A stretch of DNA of 64,000 nucleotides from Deltaproteobacteria bacterium (GTDB taxonomy: Bacteria > Myxococcota_A > Polyangia > Polyangiales > Ga0077539). Where the stretch lies: the NCBI GenBank assembly GCA_016218725.1, contig JACRDB010000023.1, positions 4,479 to 68,478 on the forward strand. The letters run 5' to 3'. Positions 1 through 9,369 of this stretch are shown piece by piece (the first letter of the stretch is position 1; every line of letters starts with the position of its first letter). A program made the position numbers and the translations under genes. The notes under the pieces were generated by a model, which searched no databases, had not been told where the DNA came from, and worked only from the letters and a program-made list of their open reading frames with translations.

Positions 1-98
1 GCGGTGGCCGGCCCACACCTCCACAGGCCCAGGGCCATCCACGCCGACGCCAGCGCCCAGAGGAAGTAGGCGAGGATCCGGCTCCTGCTCGATGTCAT
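1..98 (-). CDS. 5' end of a small hydrophobic (membrane) protein; CDS runs off the left edge of the window
   Basis: Own minus-strand translation from the ATG at 98-96 gives MTSSRSRILAYFLWALASAWMALGLWRCGPAT..., with one hydrophobic helix. Truncated by the window edge; no family recognised. Confidence 0.25.
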   Translation of the reverse strand, partial: MTSSRSRILAYFLWALASAWMALGLWRCGPAT

Positions 99-301
99 GC
101 CACGACTCCTGGGGCTCGGACCTGGTGGTGGAGGCCCCATCATCTCACTCCCCAATTCTCCTGCCTCCCCTTCACAGAGGAAAAAGCCTCCAGCTTGCCG
201 AAAATCGTGCGCAGGGCTCCTGCTTCCCCACGACTCCAGCAACCGAACGCGTGCAGCTCTTGACGGTACCCTCCAGTCGGGTGTTCTCCTGGGCGCGAAC
301 C

Positions 302-3300
302 CTACCGCCGCGCCGGGAGGAAGCGCTCGCGGGACACCGCCGCGGCGACCACCGCGGGCCCTTCGAGCTGGATCGGGAGCGCGCGGTTGCCGAGCCACAG
401 CCGCGCCTGGTCGCTGTAGTTGGGGCTCGTGGTGAGCCCGCTCTGCCCGCCCGGGAGGACGTTCTGGCCCCTCATGGGCATCCCCTCCCGGAGCTGGATC
501 ACCATGCGGAAGTTGGGCCCGCTGCCGTAGGTGAAGCTCTCGCCGCTCAGCCCCGAGTTGGCCGCGTCCACCACCCACTGGTCCCCGGGACGAGGGAAGC
601 CCGGCAAGGTCGCCCGAGGGTCCATCGCGCCGAGGCCCTCGGCCAGCGGCAGGAGCCTCGGGGTGATGGAGAAGCCCTCCACCAGCGGCCGTAGCTGCAT
701 GTTGTCCCCGAGGAAGCTCCGGAGGATGGACTCGAAGCGCATGTGGTGGCGGTGCCCCCAGAGGAGCTGGTCCCACTCGCGCGTGCCGAAGCCCCCCGCG
801 CCAGGACCCGTGGGCGGGCTCCGGAGGAACACCAGCGCGCGCTCCAGGGCCAGCAGCGCCACCTCGTGCGAGGTCTCCACGGCCTCGGTGCCCACCACGT
901 CGAAGAAGGCGCTCTCGTGGGTGGCGGGGTTCCAGCTCGCGAGGCGCGTGGCGTTCATGGGACCACGGCCATCGAGCATCAGGGCCAGCGTGCGCACCCG
1001 CCCGGGGCTCCCCCCGTTGGACCACACCCCGTCGGGCAGCGGCTCGTCATCGAAGACCGCGCGCACAAAGCGCCCCACCCACGCGTTGAAGAGCATGGTC
1101 GCCACGGCGCTCGTGCGCTCCTCGGCGTCGGCCGTGTGATAGAACGTATCCACCCCCGAGCGGGCGTCGGGCCCCGCCATCACCCACGCCCGGACGCGCC
1201 GGGCCACCTCGTCGAAGTCCATCGCGTTGGCCCGGTAGCGCTCCGCCAGCCGAGCCTCGGCGCTGCCCGCCGTTGGGGTCCCCAGGGACGCCGCGCGCGC
1301 CCGGTCAATGGCGTCCAGGAGGCCAGAGGCGAACTGCCCCCCGAGGGGGCTGCGCACGTCCGCCTGCACCGAGGCCATGCGGGCCACGTCGGCCTGGCGG
1401 GCCTCGGTGGCGCCCCGGAGGAGCTCGTCGATGCGATAGGCCCGGTACCCGTCGTTCCAGGGGCCGCCCACATAGAAGGGATCGTTCGTCACCGAATTAT
1501 CGAAGGTGGCCCCGCCCGGATCGTTGTTGGCTGTAAAGACGTAACCCCTTGTGGGATCAAGCGCCGTAGGGGTTCGATCAAAGGGCACCACGCACTGGTA
1601 GGGATCCATACGACCGGGCGCCTCGTCCACCACGCCGTCCCGCAGCGGGATCCGGAAGCCCCCGTAGCGGGTGCCGTCCAGGAGCCTGGTGGGGTCGGAC
1701 CCGGGGCCCCAGGCCCCGGTCATGGTGCGCTCCAGGTACGTGCGGCACGGCACGGTCTGGTAGCTGGTGTAGAGCACCCCCCCGCGGGCGTCCGCCGCCA
1801 CGATGTTCTGCGAGTACCCCACCAGGCCCCGGGTGGCCTCGCGGAACTGCCCCACGTCCCTCGCCCGCCCGAAGCGGTCCAGGGCCTGAAGGAGGTTGCC
1901 CCCGTCAAGGATGGGGTGATCAAAGCTGTACGCGGTGACTACGCCATCGCTGTTGGTGTCGCCCGGGACCACCTCGTTGCGCAGGGTCATCACCCGGGCC
2001 TGGCCGGGCACCACGGGGTCCGTGGGCAGGACCCTGCGGCCCTCGACCTCGGTGATCCAGCGGCCGTCAAAGGTCACGTAGCGCGTGCGCGTCTCCGTGC
2101 GCCCCCGGGACATGAGCGCCGGGAGGTCCGCCACCATGAAGGTCTCGGTCACGCGCTGCAGGGGCCGGGTCTCGCCGCGGAAGCGCGTGGCCATGGGGGC
2201 CCCGGTGGCGTCGAGCACCAGCTCCTCGCGGTACCAGTCGGAGATGTCCCCGGCGAGCTGGGTCTGGCACCAGGCCACGCGCCCGTTGGTGCCCACCGCC
2301 AGGAAGGGAATGCCAGGGATGGTGAGCCCCACCTGCTCGAAGTCCGTCCCTCCAAGCACCTTGGTGTCAAAGCCGATCTGGTAGAAGAGCGAGGGGATCG
2401 AGAGGGGCAGGTGCCCGTCCCCCGCGAGGATCCCGCCCATGTCCGGGGTGCCTCGGGCGCCCACGGCCCAGGCGTTGGAGCCGAAGCCCTCGGTGCGGCG
2501 CAGGCTCTCCTGGAGCACCCGGAGGTTGTCCGTCAGGCGCTCCAGGGCCGGCACCGAGTGCCGCGAGGGCGAGCGGTTCTGCACGCCGTTGGAGGGCCTC
2601 CAGCGCGCGAAGGCGTCGGGCTCGCGGCCGGGGCGGCCCCCCAGGGCCATGGTCATGAGCCCCGTCTCCGTGCCCCAGCCATTGGCCGACGCCGTGGGCC
2701 TGAGGGGCGTGATGCGCTCCCAGATGTCCCCGACGGTGCCTGCCCGTCGCAGCTCCGCCAGGGCCACTCCGTCCCAGCGTCCGGGGAGCCTCTCGGCGGC
2801 CAGGGCCCGCCCCGGGTCGTCGGTCTCGAAGCCGAGGTTGTACACCACCGTGGCCAGCATGGCGGCGACGTCCCGGCGGTTGAACGGGGTCATCAGGTCC
2901 GCGGGGCGCGCGCGCCCGAGGAGCGGCGCCGCCAGCACGTACTCGCTCGGCGGCGGGAGGGCGCGCTCGCGCACCTGGTCGATGTACGCGTTGATGCCCT
3001 CGGCGTAGGCGTCGAGCCAGCGGCCCTGCTCCTCCGAGAGGCCGTCGGCGATGAGCCCCGTGACGTGGTTCATCCCCACGCCGCGGTTGTTCAGGTCCGT
3101 ATCCAGCGCGGCGCTCCCGAGGAGCTCCGACAGCCTGCTCTGCGCGAAGCGCCGGGTGAGGTCCAGGAAGAAGAACCGGTCCCGCGCGATCACGAAGCCG
3201 TGGAGGCGCGACAGGTCCTCGCGGTCGGCCGCGTAGATATGCGGCACGCCCGCCGCGGTGCGAAGGACGTGGGCCTCGGCGCGGAGCCCGGGGATTTCCC

Positions 3301-3478
3301 AGGTCTCCATGGCGGGCACCGTCTCCAGGATGTTCCTCGGGGCCGCGTCCGGCGGCGGGGCGGAGTCCGCCGCGGCGGAGTCGGTCACCGTGGCGTCCGG
3401 CGTGGACGGCGCGTCGGGGCAACCCGTGAGGGCAGCGCCGAGGGCGCCCAGGAGCATCCAGCGAGCGGGAGGGGTCAT
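302..3478 (-). CDS. Penicillin/AHL-acylase family (peptidase S45, Ntn-hydrolase) lipoprotein, ~1058 aa
   Basis: ORF 302..3520. The likely start is Met15 (cat at 3476-3478), giving the lipoprotein signal MTPPARWMLLGALGAALTGC. The family nucleophile motif is present (...EGFGSNAWAVGARG...), and the long two-subunit-like architecture fits. Confidence 0.85.
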   Translation of the reverse strand: MTPPARWMLLGALGAALTGCPDAPSTPDATVTDSAAADSAPPPDAAPRNILETVPAMETWEIPGLRAEAHVLRTAAGVPHIYAADREDLSRLHGFVIARDRFFFLDLTRRFAQSRLSELLGSAALDTDLNNRGVGMNHVTGLIADGLSEEQGRWLDAYAEGINAYIDQVRERALPPPSEYVLAAPLLGRARPADLMTPFNRRDVAAMLATVVYNLGFETDDPGRALAAERLPGRWDGVALAELRRAGTVGDIWERITPLRPTASANGWGTETGLMTMALGGRPGREPDAFARWRPSNGVQNRSPSRHSVPALERLTDNLRVLQESLRRTEGFGSNAWAVGARGTPDMGGILAGDGHLPLSIPSLFYQIGFDTKVLGGTDFEQVGLTIPGIPFLAVGTNGRVAWCQTQLAGDISDWYREELVLDATGAPMATRFRGETRPLQRVTETFMVADLPALMSRGRTETRTRYVTFDGRWITEVEGRRVLPTDPVVPGQARVMTLRNEVVPGDTNSDGVVTAYSFDHPILDGGNLLQALDRFGRARDVGQFREATRGLVGYSQNIVAADARGGVLYTSYQTVPCRTYLERTMTGAWGPGSDPTRLLDGTRYGGFRIPLRDGVVDEAPGRMDPYQCVVPFDRTPTALDPTRGYVFTANNDPGGATFDNSVTNDPFYVGGPWNDGYRAYRIDELLRGATEARQADVARMASVQADVRSPLGGQFASGLLDAIDRARAASLGTPTAGSAEARLAERYRANAMDFDEVARRVRAWVMAGPDARSGVDTFYHTADAEERTSAVATMLFNAWVGRFVRAVFDDEPLPDGVWSNGGSPGRVRTLALMLDGRGPMNATRLASWNPATHESAFFDVVGTEAVETSHEVALLALERALVFLRSPPTGPGAGGFGTREWDQLLWGHRHHMRFESILRSFLGDNMQLRPLVEGFSITPRLLPLAEGLGAMDPRATLPGFPRPGDQWVVDAANSGLSGESFTYGSGPNFRMVIQLREGMPMRGQNVLPGGQSGLTTSPNYSDQARLWLGNRALPIQLEGPAVVAAAVSRERFLPARR

Positions 3479-3563
3479 CGGGAGCGAAGATCCCTCAGAG
3501 GGGTACTCTCGCGCAAGCATGGCGACCCCTCCTCTCCCCGTGGCGGCGGTCCCCTATGCGCTC

Positions 3564-4610
3564 TCAATACACCGCCATGCCCGCGGTGGCCTCGCCCTGG
3601 AGGAAGGCCCCGCCCGGCAGGCCCACGTCCAGGTACGCCCCGCCCGCCCGCACCTGGAACGTCAGCCGCGTGGTGAGCGGCGCCTCCACCTGCACGCCCG
3701 CCTGCACCACGGTGCCCGAGCGCCCGCGGTCCGGCTGCGTGGTGAACGCCGCGGCGAAGCCTGCGTACATGCCCAGGTACGTGAGCGGCATCACCTGGAC
3801 CTCGCCCCCCACGGACGCCACGAGGTTCCCGTTCCCCGCGGCGTTGAAGGTGAGCCCGAGCCCAAGCTGCTGAACGGGGTAGCCCCCGAGGAACACCCTG
3901 CCCCCAAGACCCGCCTCCACCGCGGTCCCCGTGCGGTCGGGCACCGTCGAGAGCCCTACGCCTCCCTGGAAGGTGAACCCCACGCGGTTGAGCGGCGCCC
4001 GACCCCGGAGCTCATAGCGGGCGGTGGAGCCCTCGTACACCGTGGCGGTGTAGGTCCTCGACGCCAGCGCCGGCGTGAGCTCGTTCATCGGCACCGCCAC
4101 GGTGCCCTCGGGCCCTTCGAGGAAGAGCATCTCGTTGGGTGGCAGGCCCACCCAGCCGTCGTAGCGAGCGCCCTCGGTGCCCGCGAGCACGAACACCAGC
4201 AGCACCCCGGCCACCACCACCACCGCGATGGCCGCCGCGTTCCCCGAGCCGCCGCCACCGCCGCCGCTGCCCCCGCCGCTGCCACCGCTACCGCCGCCGC
4301 TCCCACCCCCCACGCCGGTCACGCCCCGAGGCCGCGGGGACCAGCCCACGCTGTTCATCCCGGTGCCGTACTGAAGCTGGAACAGCGGCTGGAGGGCCCA
4401 CCCCTGAGGGAGGTAGGTGACATTGGGTGGAGGTGTGTCCCTGTGGGCGATGGTCTGGACCGCACGCACATGCACCCCACGCTGGTTGGGTGGGAGGGAC
4501 GCGATGCGCAGGAGCTCGTCCGGGGGGATGCGGTAGGAGTTCGAGAGGCACCCCTGGCCGAGGCAGAGCCCTGGCAGGAGGCAGGCGACCAGGCCGCGGC
4601 GGAGCCACAT
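3564..4610 (-). CDS. Hypothetical lipoprotein with poly-Gly/Ser linker, one TM helix and a beta-rich C-terminal half
   Basis: ORF 3564..4865 overlaps tal in its first 85 codons. The internal Met at 4610 gives MWLRRGLVACLLPGLCLGQGC (lipobox). It also has a GGGSGGGSGGSGGGSGGGGGGSG tract and the TM helix AAAIAVVVVAGVLLVFVLAG. No family recognised. Confidence 0.55.
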   Translation of the reverse strand: MWLRRGLVACLLPGLCLGQGCLSNSYRIPPDELLRIASLPPNQRGVHVRAVQTIAHRDTPPPNVTYLPQGWALQPLFQLQYGTGMNSVGWSPRPRGVTGVGGGSGGGSGGSGGGSGGGGGGSGNAAAIAVVVVAGVLLVFVLAGTEGARYDGWVGLPPNEMLFLEGPEGTVAVPMNELTPALASRTYTATVYEGSTARYELRGRAPLNRVGFTFQGGVGLSTVPDRTGTAVEAGLGGRVFLGGYPVQQLGLGLTFNAAGNGNLVASVGGEVQVMPLTYLGMYAGFAAAFTTQPDRGRSGTVVQAGVQVEAPLTTRLTFQVRAGGAYLDVGLPGGAFLQGEATAGMAVY

Positions 4611-4683
4611 GCCCGGGAGGATAGCCCGGCGAGGAACCTGACGCCCGTCGATGGGAGTGCTAGGAGCGCGGGCGGAGGCTCCC

Positions 4684-5324
<641 letters not shown>

Positions 5325-5328
<4 letters not shown>

Positions 5329-5711
5329 TCCGGGACGCGCTCTACGTGGGCGCCGGGGGCTTCCTCGGGGCCGTCGCCCGGTACCTGGTGGGCGCCGCCG
5401 TCGGGCGGCTGTGGTCCGGCCCCTTCCCTCTCGGGACCTTTGTGATCAACGTGAGCGGTAGCTTCGTCCTCGGGCTCTTCGGCACCTGGGTGCTCACCCG
5501 CGGGGGCTTCCCGCAGGGCCTGCGCCTCGCGGTGGCCACGGGCTTCGTGGGGGCGTATACCACCTTCTCCACGCTGGAGTTCGAGGCCCTCGGGCTTCTG
5601 TCCCGCGGGCGCCACGCGCTGGCCCTGGGCTACGTCCTCGGGTCCCTGGTGGCGGGCTTTGGCGCCGTGGCCCTGGGCGCGCGCCTGGCGTCTCCCCACG
5701 TCACGGGATGA
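5325..5711 (+). CDS. crcB: Fluoride ion channel CrcB/FluC
   Basis: A ~128-aa four-TM protein: [15 protein letters not shown]...[10 protein letters not shown]...[15 protein letters not shown]. The GTG start at 5325 overlaps the tal stop (GTGA). Confidence 0.85.
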
Positions 5712-6723
5712 GCAGCACCTTCCCGATGTTCTGCCGGGTCTGGAGCCTGCGGTGGGCCTCCGGGGCCTCGCGGAAGGGCACGCGGACGTCAATCACCGGC
5801 TTGATCGCGCCCTGTTCGTAGAGCGCCAGGAGCGCCGTGAGCTCGCTCCCCAGGCGGTCGATCTCGCCGAAGAGGTGGCCCATGTTCACCCCGAAGATGC
5901 CCTTGTTCTCGTTCATCAAGCGCACCGGGTGCAGCGCCAGGAGCGGGAACCCGAGGAGGCCCTTCAAGACCGCGAAGGGGCTCCAGCGCCCGTCGGGCTG
6001 GAGCGACGCGGCCCCGAAGGCGAAGAGCCTCCCGGTGGGCCGCAGGCACCGGAAGCTCTTCGCCAGCGCGGAGCCCCCCTGGGCGTCGATGCACACGTCC
6101 ACGCCCTGACCGTTTGTCAAACGCTTGACCTCGGCCTCGAAGTCCAGGGTCCGGTAATCGATCGCGTGGTCGAGGCCGGCGCCCTTGAGGTACTCGTGCT
6201 TGCCGGGGGAGGCCGTGCCGTAGGTCTCGCACCCCGCGTGGCGGCAGAGCTGGAGCGCCGCCAGGCCCACGCCCCCGGCCGCGGCGTGGATCAGCACCCG
6301 GTCCCCGCGCTTGATGTTCCCGAGGTACACCAGCATGTGGTACGCGGTGAGGTACACCACGGGGAGCGCGGCGCCCTCGTCGAAGGTCATCGCCTCGGGC
6401 ATGACCATCGCCTGCGTGGCCGGGACGCACACCACGTCGCTGTAGCCCCCGAAGCGCGTCATGCACGACACCCGCTGGCCCACGCGGGAGGCGTCTACGC
6501 CGTCTCCCACGGCGTCGACCTCGCCGCTGACCTCGTAGCCCATCACGCACGGGATGGGCGGGGCGTCGGGGTACAGCCCGATGCGCGCGGAGGTGTCCGC
6601 GAAATTCACCCCGCAGGCGCGCACCCGCACCCGCACCTCGCCCGCCGCGGGCGTAGGGTCCGGGGCCTCGCGGACCTGGAGTACCTCGGGCCCGCCCTTC
6701 TGCGTGATCCATACCTGTCTCAT
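5701..6723 (-). CDS. Medium-chain dehydrogenase/reductase (quinone oxidoreductase / VAT-1-like)
   Basis: MRQVWITQKGGPEVLQVREAPDP...GVNFADTSARIGLYP...VLIHAAAGGVGLAALQL (Rossmann motif). Start at Met41 of ORF 5701..6843 (cat at 6721-6723). Confidence 0.85.
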   Translation of the reverse strand: MRQVWITQKGGPEVLQVREAPDPTPAAGEVRVRVRACGVNFADTSARIGLYPDAPPIPCVMGYEVSGEVDAVGDGVDASRVGQRVSCMTRFGGYSDVVCVPATQAMVMPEAMTFDEGAALPVVYLTAYHMLVYLGNIKRGDRVLIHAAAGGVGLAALQLCRHAGCETYGTASPGKHEYLKGAGLDHAIDYRTLDFEAEVKRLTNGQGVDVCIDAQGGSALAKSFRCLRPTGRLFAFGAASLQPDGRWSPFAVLKGLLGFPLLALHPVRLMNENKGIFGVNMGHLFGEIDRLGSELTALLALYEQGAIKPVIDVRVPFREAPEAHRRLQTRQNIGKVLLIP

Positions 6724-6849
6724 CACGCGGAGACTACACGCTCCTAACGTCCATTGCGAAGGGAGGGAGCTCAGGCTCGCTGTCCGGCACGTTCGAGCTC
6801 CTTCCACAGACTCACCACGCGTCCGATGGGGGTCCGCCGCCACCGGGGG

Positions 6850-7614
6850 CTACGACCGTGACGCCAGGAGCTTGAGCCCGGCCACCACCAGCACCAGGGC
6901 CAGCGCCCGGCGGAGGTAGGGGCCACCGAGGTGGCGGCTGCCGTAACTGGCGCCCAGGGCGCCTCCCAGCAGCGCGGCCACGGCCCACGGAGGGGTCCAC
7001 GGGTGCAGGCCCCGCACGCTGGAGAGGTGCCCCAGGAGCCCCGCCGCGGAGTTCAAGAGGATGAAGGCCGCGGACACCCCCGCGGTCACGGCGAGGCTTG
7101 CCCAGCCCGTGAGCACCAGGAGGGGGCTCAGGAAGATCCCCCCGCCCACGCCGGTCAGCCCCGAGAGGAGCCCGATCACCGCGCCGCTCGCGAGCGCCAA
7201 CGCGCGCGGGGGATCCTCGGCGGGCGGCGCTTCGGGCGCCTTCGGGCTCCACAGGAGCCTCGCCGCGGCGACCACCAGCACCGCCCCGAGGGCGGGCTTG
7301 TACACCCTGGAGGGGACCGCCAGCATGCCCCCGACGAAGGCCATCGGGACCGAGGTCACCGCGAAGGGCCACAGCACTCGCCAGGAGAAGCACCCCGCGC
7401 GGGAGAAGCGCCAGGTGGCCACGGAGGCCACCAGGAGGTTGAGCACCAGGGCCGTGGGCTTCATCTGCGCGGGGGCCACGCCCACCAGGGCCATCGCCGC
7501 GAGGTACCCCGAGGCCCCCGCATGCCCCACCGAGGCGTAGAGCGCCGCGGCGAGGAAGATCAGCGCCGTCAGCGCGGCCAGGGCCCAGGCGTCCACCGGC
7601 GTCGCGCCCGTCAC
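6850..7614 (-). CDS. TauE/SafE family sulfite-exporter-like membrane protein
   Basis: A 254-aa polytopic membrane protein with an internal duplication. The N-terminal ...YASVGHAGASGYLAAMAL... and C-terminal ...LSGLTGVGGGIFLSPLL... halves are typical of TauE/SafE. Confidence 0.75.
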   Translation of the reverse strand: MTGATPVDAWALAALTALIFLAAALYASVGHAGASGYLAAMALVGVAPAQMKPTALVLNLLVASVATWRFSRAGCFSWRVLWPFAVTSVPMAFVGGMLAVPSRVYKPALGAVLVVAAARLLWSPKAPEAPPAEDPPRALALASGAVIGLLSGLTGVGGGIFLSPLLVLTGWASLAVTAGVSAAFILLNSAAGLLGHLSSVRGLHPWTPPWAVAALLGGALGASYGSRHLGGPYLRRALALVLVVAGLKLLASRS

Positions 7615-7620
7615 TCGCGC

Positions 7621-9351
7621 TCAGATGCAGCGCAGCGAGGCGGAGCAGTACCCGGTGCAGCAGCTCGACGTGCTGGAGCAGCTCGACCCGGTGCTCACGC
7701 AGGAGCTGGAGCGGCAGGTGCTCCCGGAGCAGCGCCCCGAGCAGCACGACGACGACAGCGAGCAGCTCCCGCCCGTGGAGGTGCAGCTCGTGGTGCGGCA
7801 CAACCCGCTGGAGCACGAGTAGCCCGTGCAGCAGTCCGCGGTGTAGGTGCAGGAGCTCCCGGAGGAGCGGCAGACGGAGTAGAGCGAGCAGATCCCGCCG
7901 GAGCAGCGCCCGGAACAGCACTCCGACGACAGCGAGCAGGACAGCCCCCCGGAGCGGCATGCGGCGCCGCAGACGCCCCCGGAGCAGGTGCCCGAGCAGC
8001 AATCGCTGGTGGTGGTGCAGCTCCCGCCCGCGGCCTCGCACATGGGGGCCCGGCAGGTGCTCGAAGAACAGGTCCCCGAGCAGCACGACGAGGACACCGA
8101 GCAGCTCCCGCTCGTGGAGGTGCAGCTCGATGTGCAGAACCCGCTGGAGCATGCGCCGGTGCAGCACCCCGCCGGGCCCGTGCAGCTCCCGCCCGAGGTC
8201 CTGCACGTGGACGACCGGCAGACGCCCCCGGAGCAGCGCCCCGAGCAGCACTCCGAGGACAGCGAGCAGGCGTCCCCGTCCGCGCTGCAGGTGCCGGCGC
8301 GGCACAGGCCCCCGGAGCAGGTGAGCCCCGCGCAGCAGTCCGTGGAGGCCGAGCAGGTGCTGCTCGCGGGGCGGCACGTCCCGCAGGAGCCCGCCACGCA
8401 CACCAGCCCCGTACAGCACTCCGCCGCGGTGCTGCAGGTGGCGCCGCTCATGCGGCACGTTGGCGTCGTGGCGCAGCGGCCCGCCTGGCACGAGAGCCCG
8501 TCACAGCACGGCGTCTCCGTCGGGCAGGCGCTCCCCGCGGAGAGGCACGTCGGCGGCGTCATGCAGCGGCCCGTCATGCATGCGAGCCCCGCGCAGCAGT
8601 CCGCGGGCCCCGCGCACGCCACCCCGGCCCCGCCGCAGGCGGGCATGCAGCGCCCCGCGACGCACATCGCCCCGCCGCAGCAGTCCCGGTTCTCCACGCA
8701 GCCGGTCCCCGCCGCCGCGCAGGTGCAGCGCCCGGCGTTGCACAACAGTCCCCCGCAGCAGTCGTTGTGCCCCGTGCAGGTGCCGTTGGCCTCGTTGCAG
8801 CACACCACCCCCGGCGTCCCGATGCTCCGGCACGAGTCCGCCCGGCAGCACTGCCCGAGCGACGTGCAGGGCTGCGCCAGGTTGCGGCACATCGGCGCCG
8901 CCATGCACATCCCGTCCGCGCACGTCAGCCCCCCGAGGCACATCCCCCCGGCGCAGCACATCCTCCCGGGCGTCCCGCAGGGCGGGGCCGTGTCCACCGG
9001 CGCAGCCGTGTCCTCCGGCGGCACCCCCGTGTCCGTGGGAGGCATCCCCGTGTCCTCCGGCGGCACCCCCGTGTCCGTGGGAGGCATCCCCGTGTCCTCC
9101 GTGCCCGTCTCCCCGGTGGTCCCCGTGTCCTCCGTGGAGCCGTCCGTGGACTCATCCATGGCGTCCGTGGGCATGGGTCCACCCCCGCCGCCAACGCCCC
9201 CCCGGGCGCTGCACGCCCCGAGAACCACCAGAAGAATCAACCCCGACCAGGAAAAGTGAACACTGTTCACGGAATACCACCTCGTCGCACTTGGATGCCA
9301 CCGGCCCACCGCGGGTCGCGGGGTACTAGCACACAAGGTGGGATGTTTCAC
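7621..9351 (-). CDS. Cys-rich lipoprotein: ~16 tandem six-Cys modules (C-x6-C-x5-CC-x3/4-C-x4-C)
   Basis: Longest ORF is 576 aa. The probable true start is the GTG at 9270 (AGGTGG 6 nt upstream), giving MNSVHFSWSGLILLVVLGAC (lipobox). An acidic P/T/D linker follows, then back-to-back Cys modules. See findings. Confidence 0.75.
   Translation of the reverse strand: MKHPTLCASTPRPAVGRWHPSATRWYSVNSVHFSWSGLILLVVLGACSARGGVGGGGGPMPTDAMDESTDGSTEDTGTTGETGTEDTGMPPTDTGVPPEDTGMPPTDTGVPPEDTAAPVDTAPPCGTPGRMCCAGGMCLGGLTCADGMCMAAPMCRNLAQPCTSLGQCCRADSCRSIGTPGVVCCNEANGTCTGHNDCCGGLLCNAGRCTCAAAGTGCVENRDCCGGAMCVAGRCMPACGGAGVACAGPADCCAGLACMTGRCMTPPTCLSAGSACPTETPCCDGLSCQAGRCATTPTCRMSGATCSTAAECCTGLVCVAGSCGTCRPASSTCSASTDCCAGLTCSGGLCRAGTCSADGDACSLSSECCSGRCSGGVCRSSTCRTSGGSCTGPAGCCTGACSSGFCTSSCTSTSGSCSVSSSCCSGTCSSSTCRAPMCEAAGGSCTTTSDCCSGTCSGGVCGAACRSGGLSCSLSSECCSGRCSGGICSLYSVCRSSGSSCTYTADCCTGYSCSSGLCRTTSCTSTGGSCSLSSSCCSGRCSGSTCRSSSCVSTGSSCSSTSSCCTGYCSASLRCI
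9008..9101. repeat. Perfect 42-bp tandem duplication (2.2 copies) inside the linker-coding part of the Cys-rich lipoprotein gene
   Basis: 9008-9049 and 9050-9091 are identical (gtgtcctccggcggcacccccgtgtccgtgggaggcatcccc). They encode the repeated DTGMPPTDTGVPPE. Confidence 0.9.
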
Positions 9352-9369
9352 CCCCTTTCGGGAGTTTCC

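Noticed and set aside
743-3676. 977-aa plus-strand ORF
   Set aside because: It lies antisense to the recognisable penicillin-acylase-family gene. Its Arg/Gly/Pro/His-rich composition is typical of non-coding frames in very GC-rich DNA.
9008-9101. Tandem repeats here (and at 21071-21185 and 27257-27304) considered as CRISPR-like arrays
   Set aside because: The units are contiguous with no spacers, they lie inside ORFs, and they encode peptide repeats. No cas genes are present.
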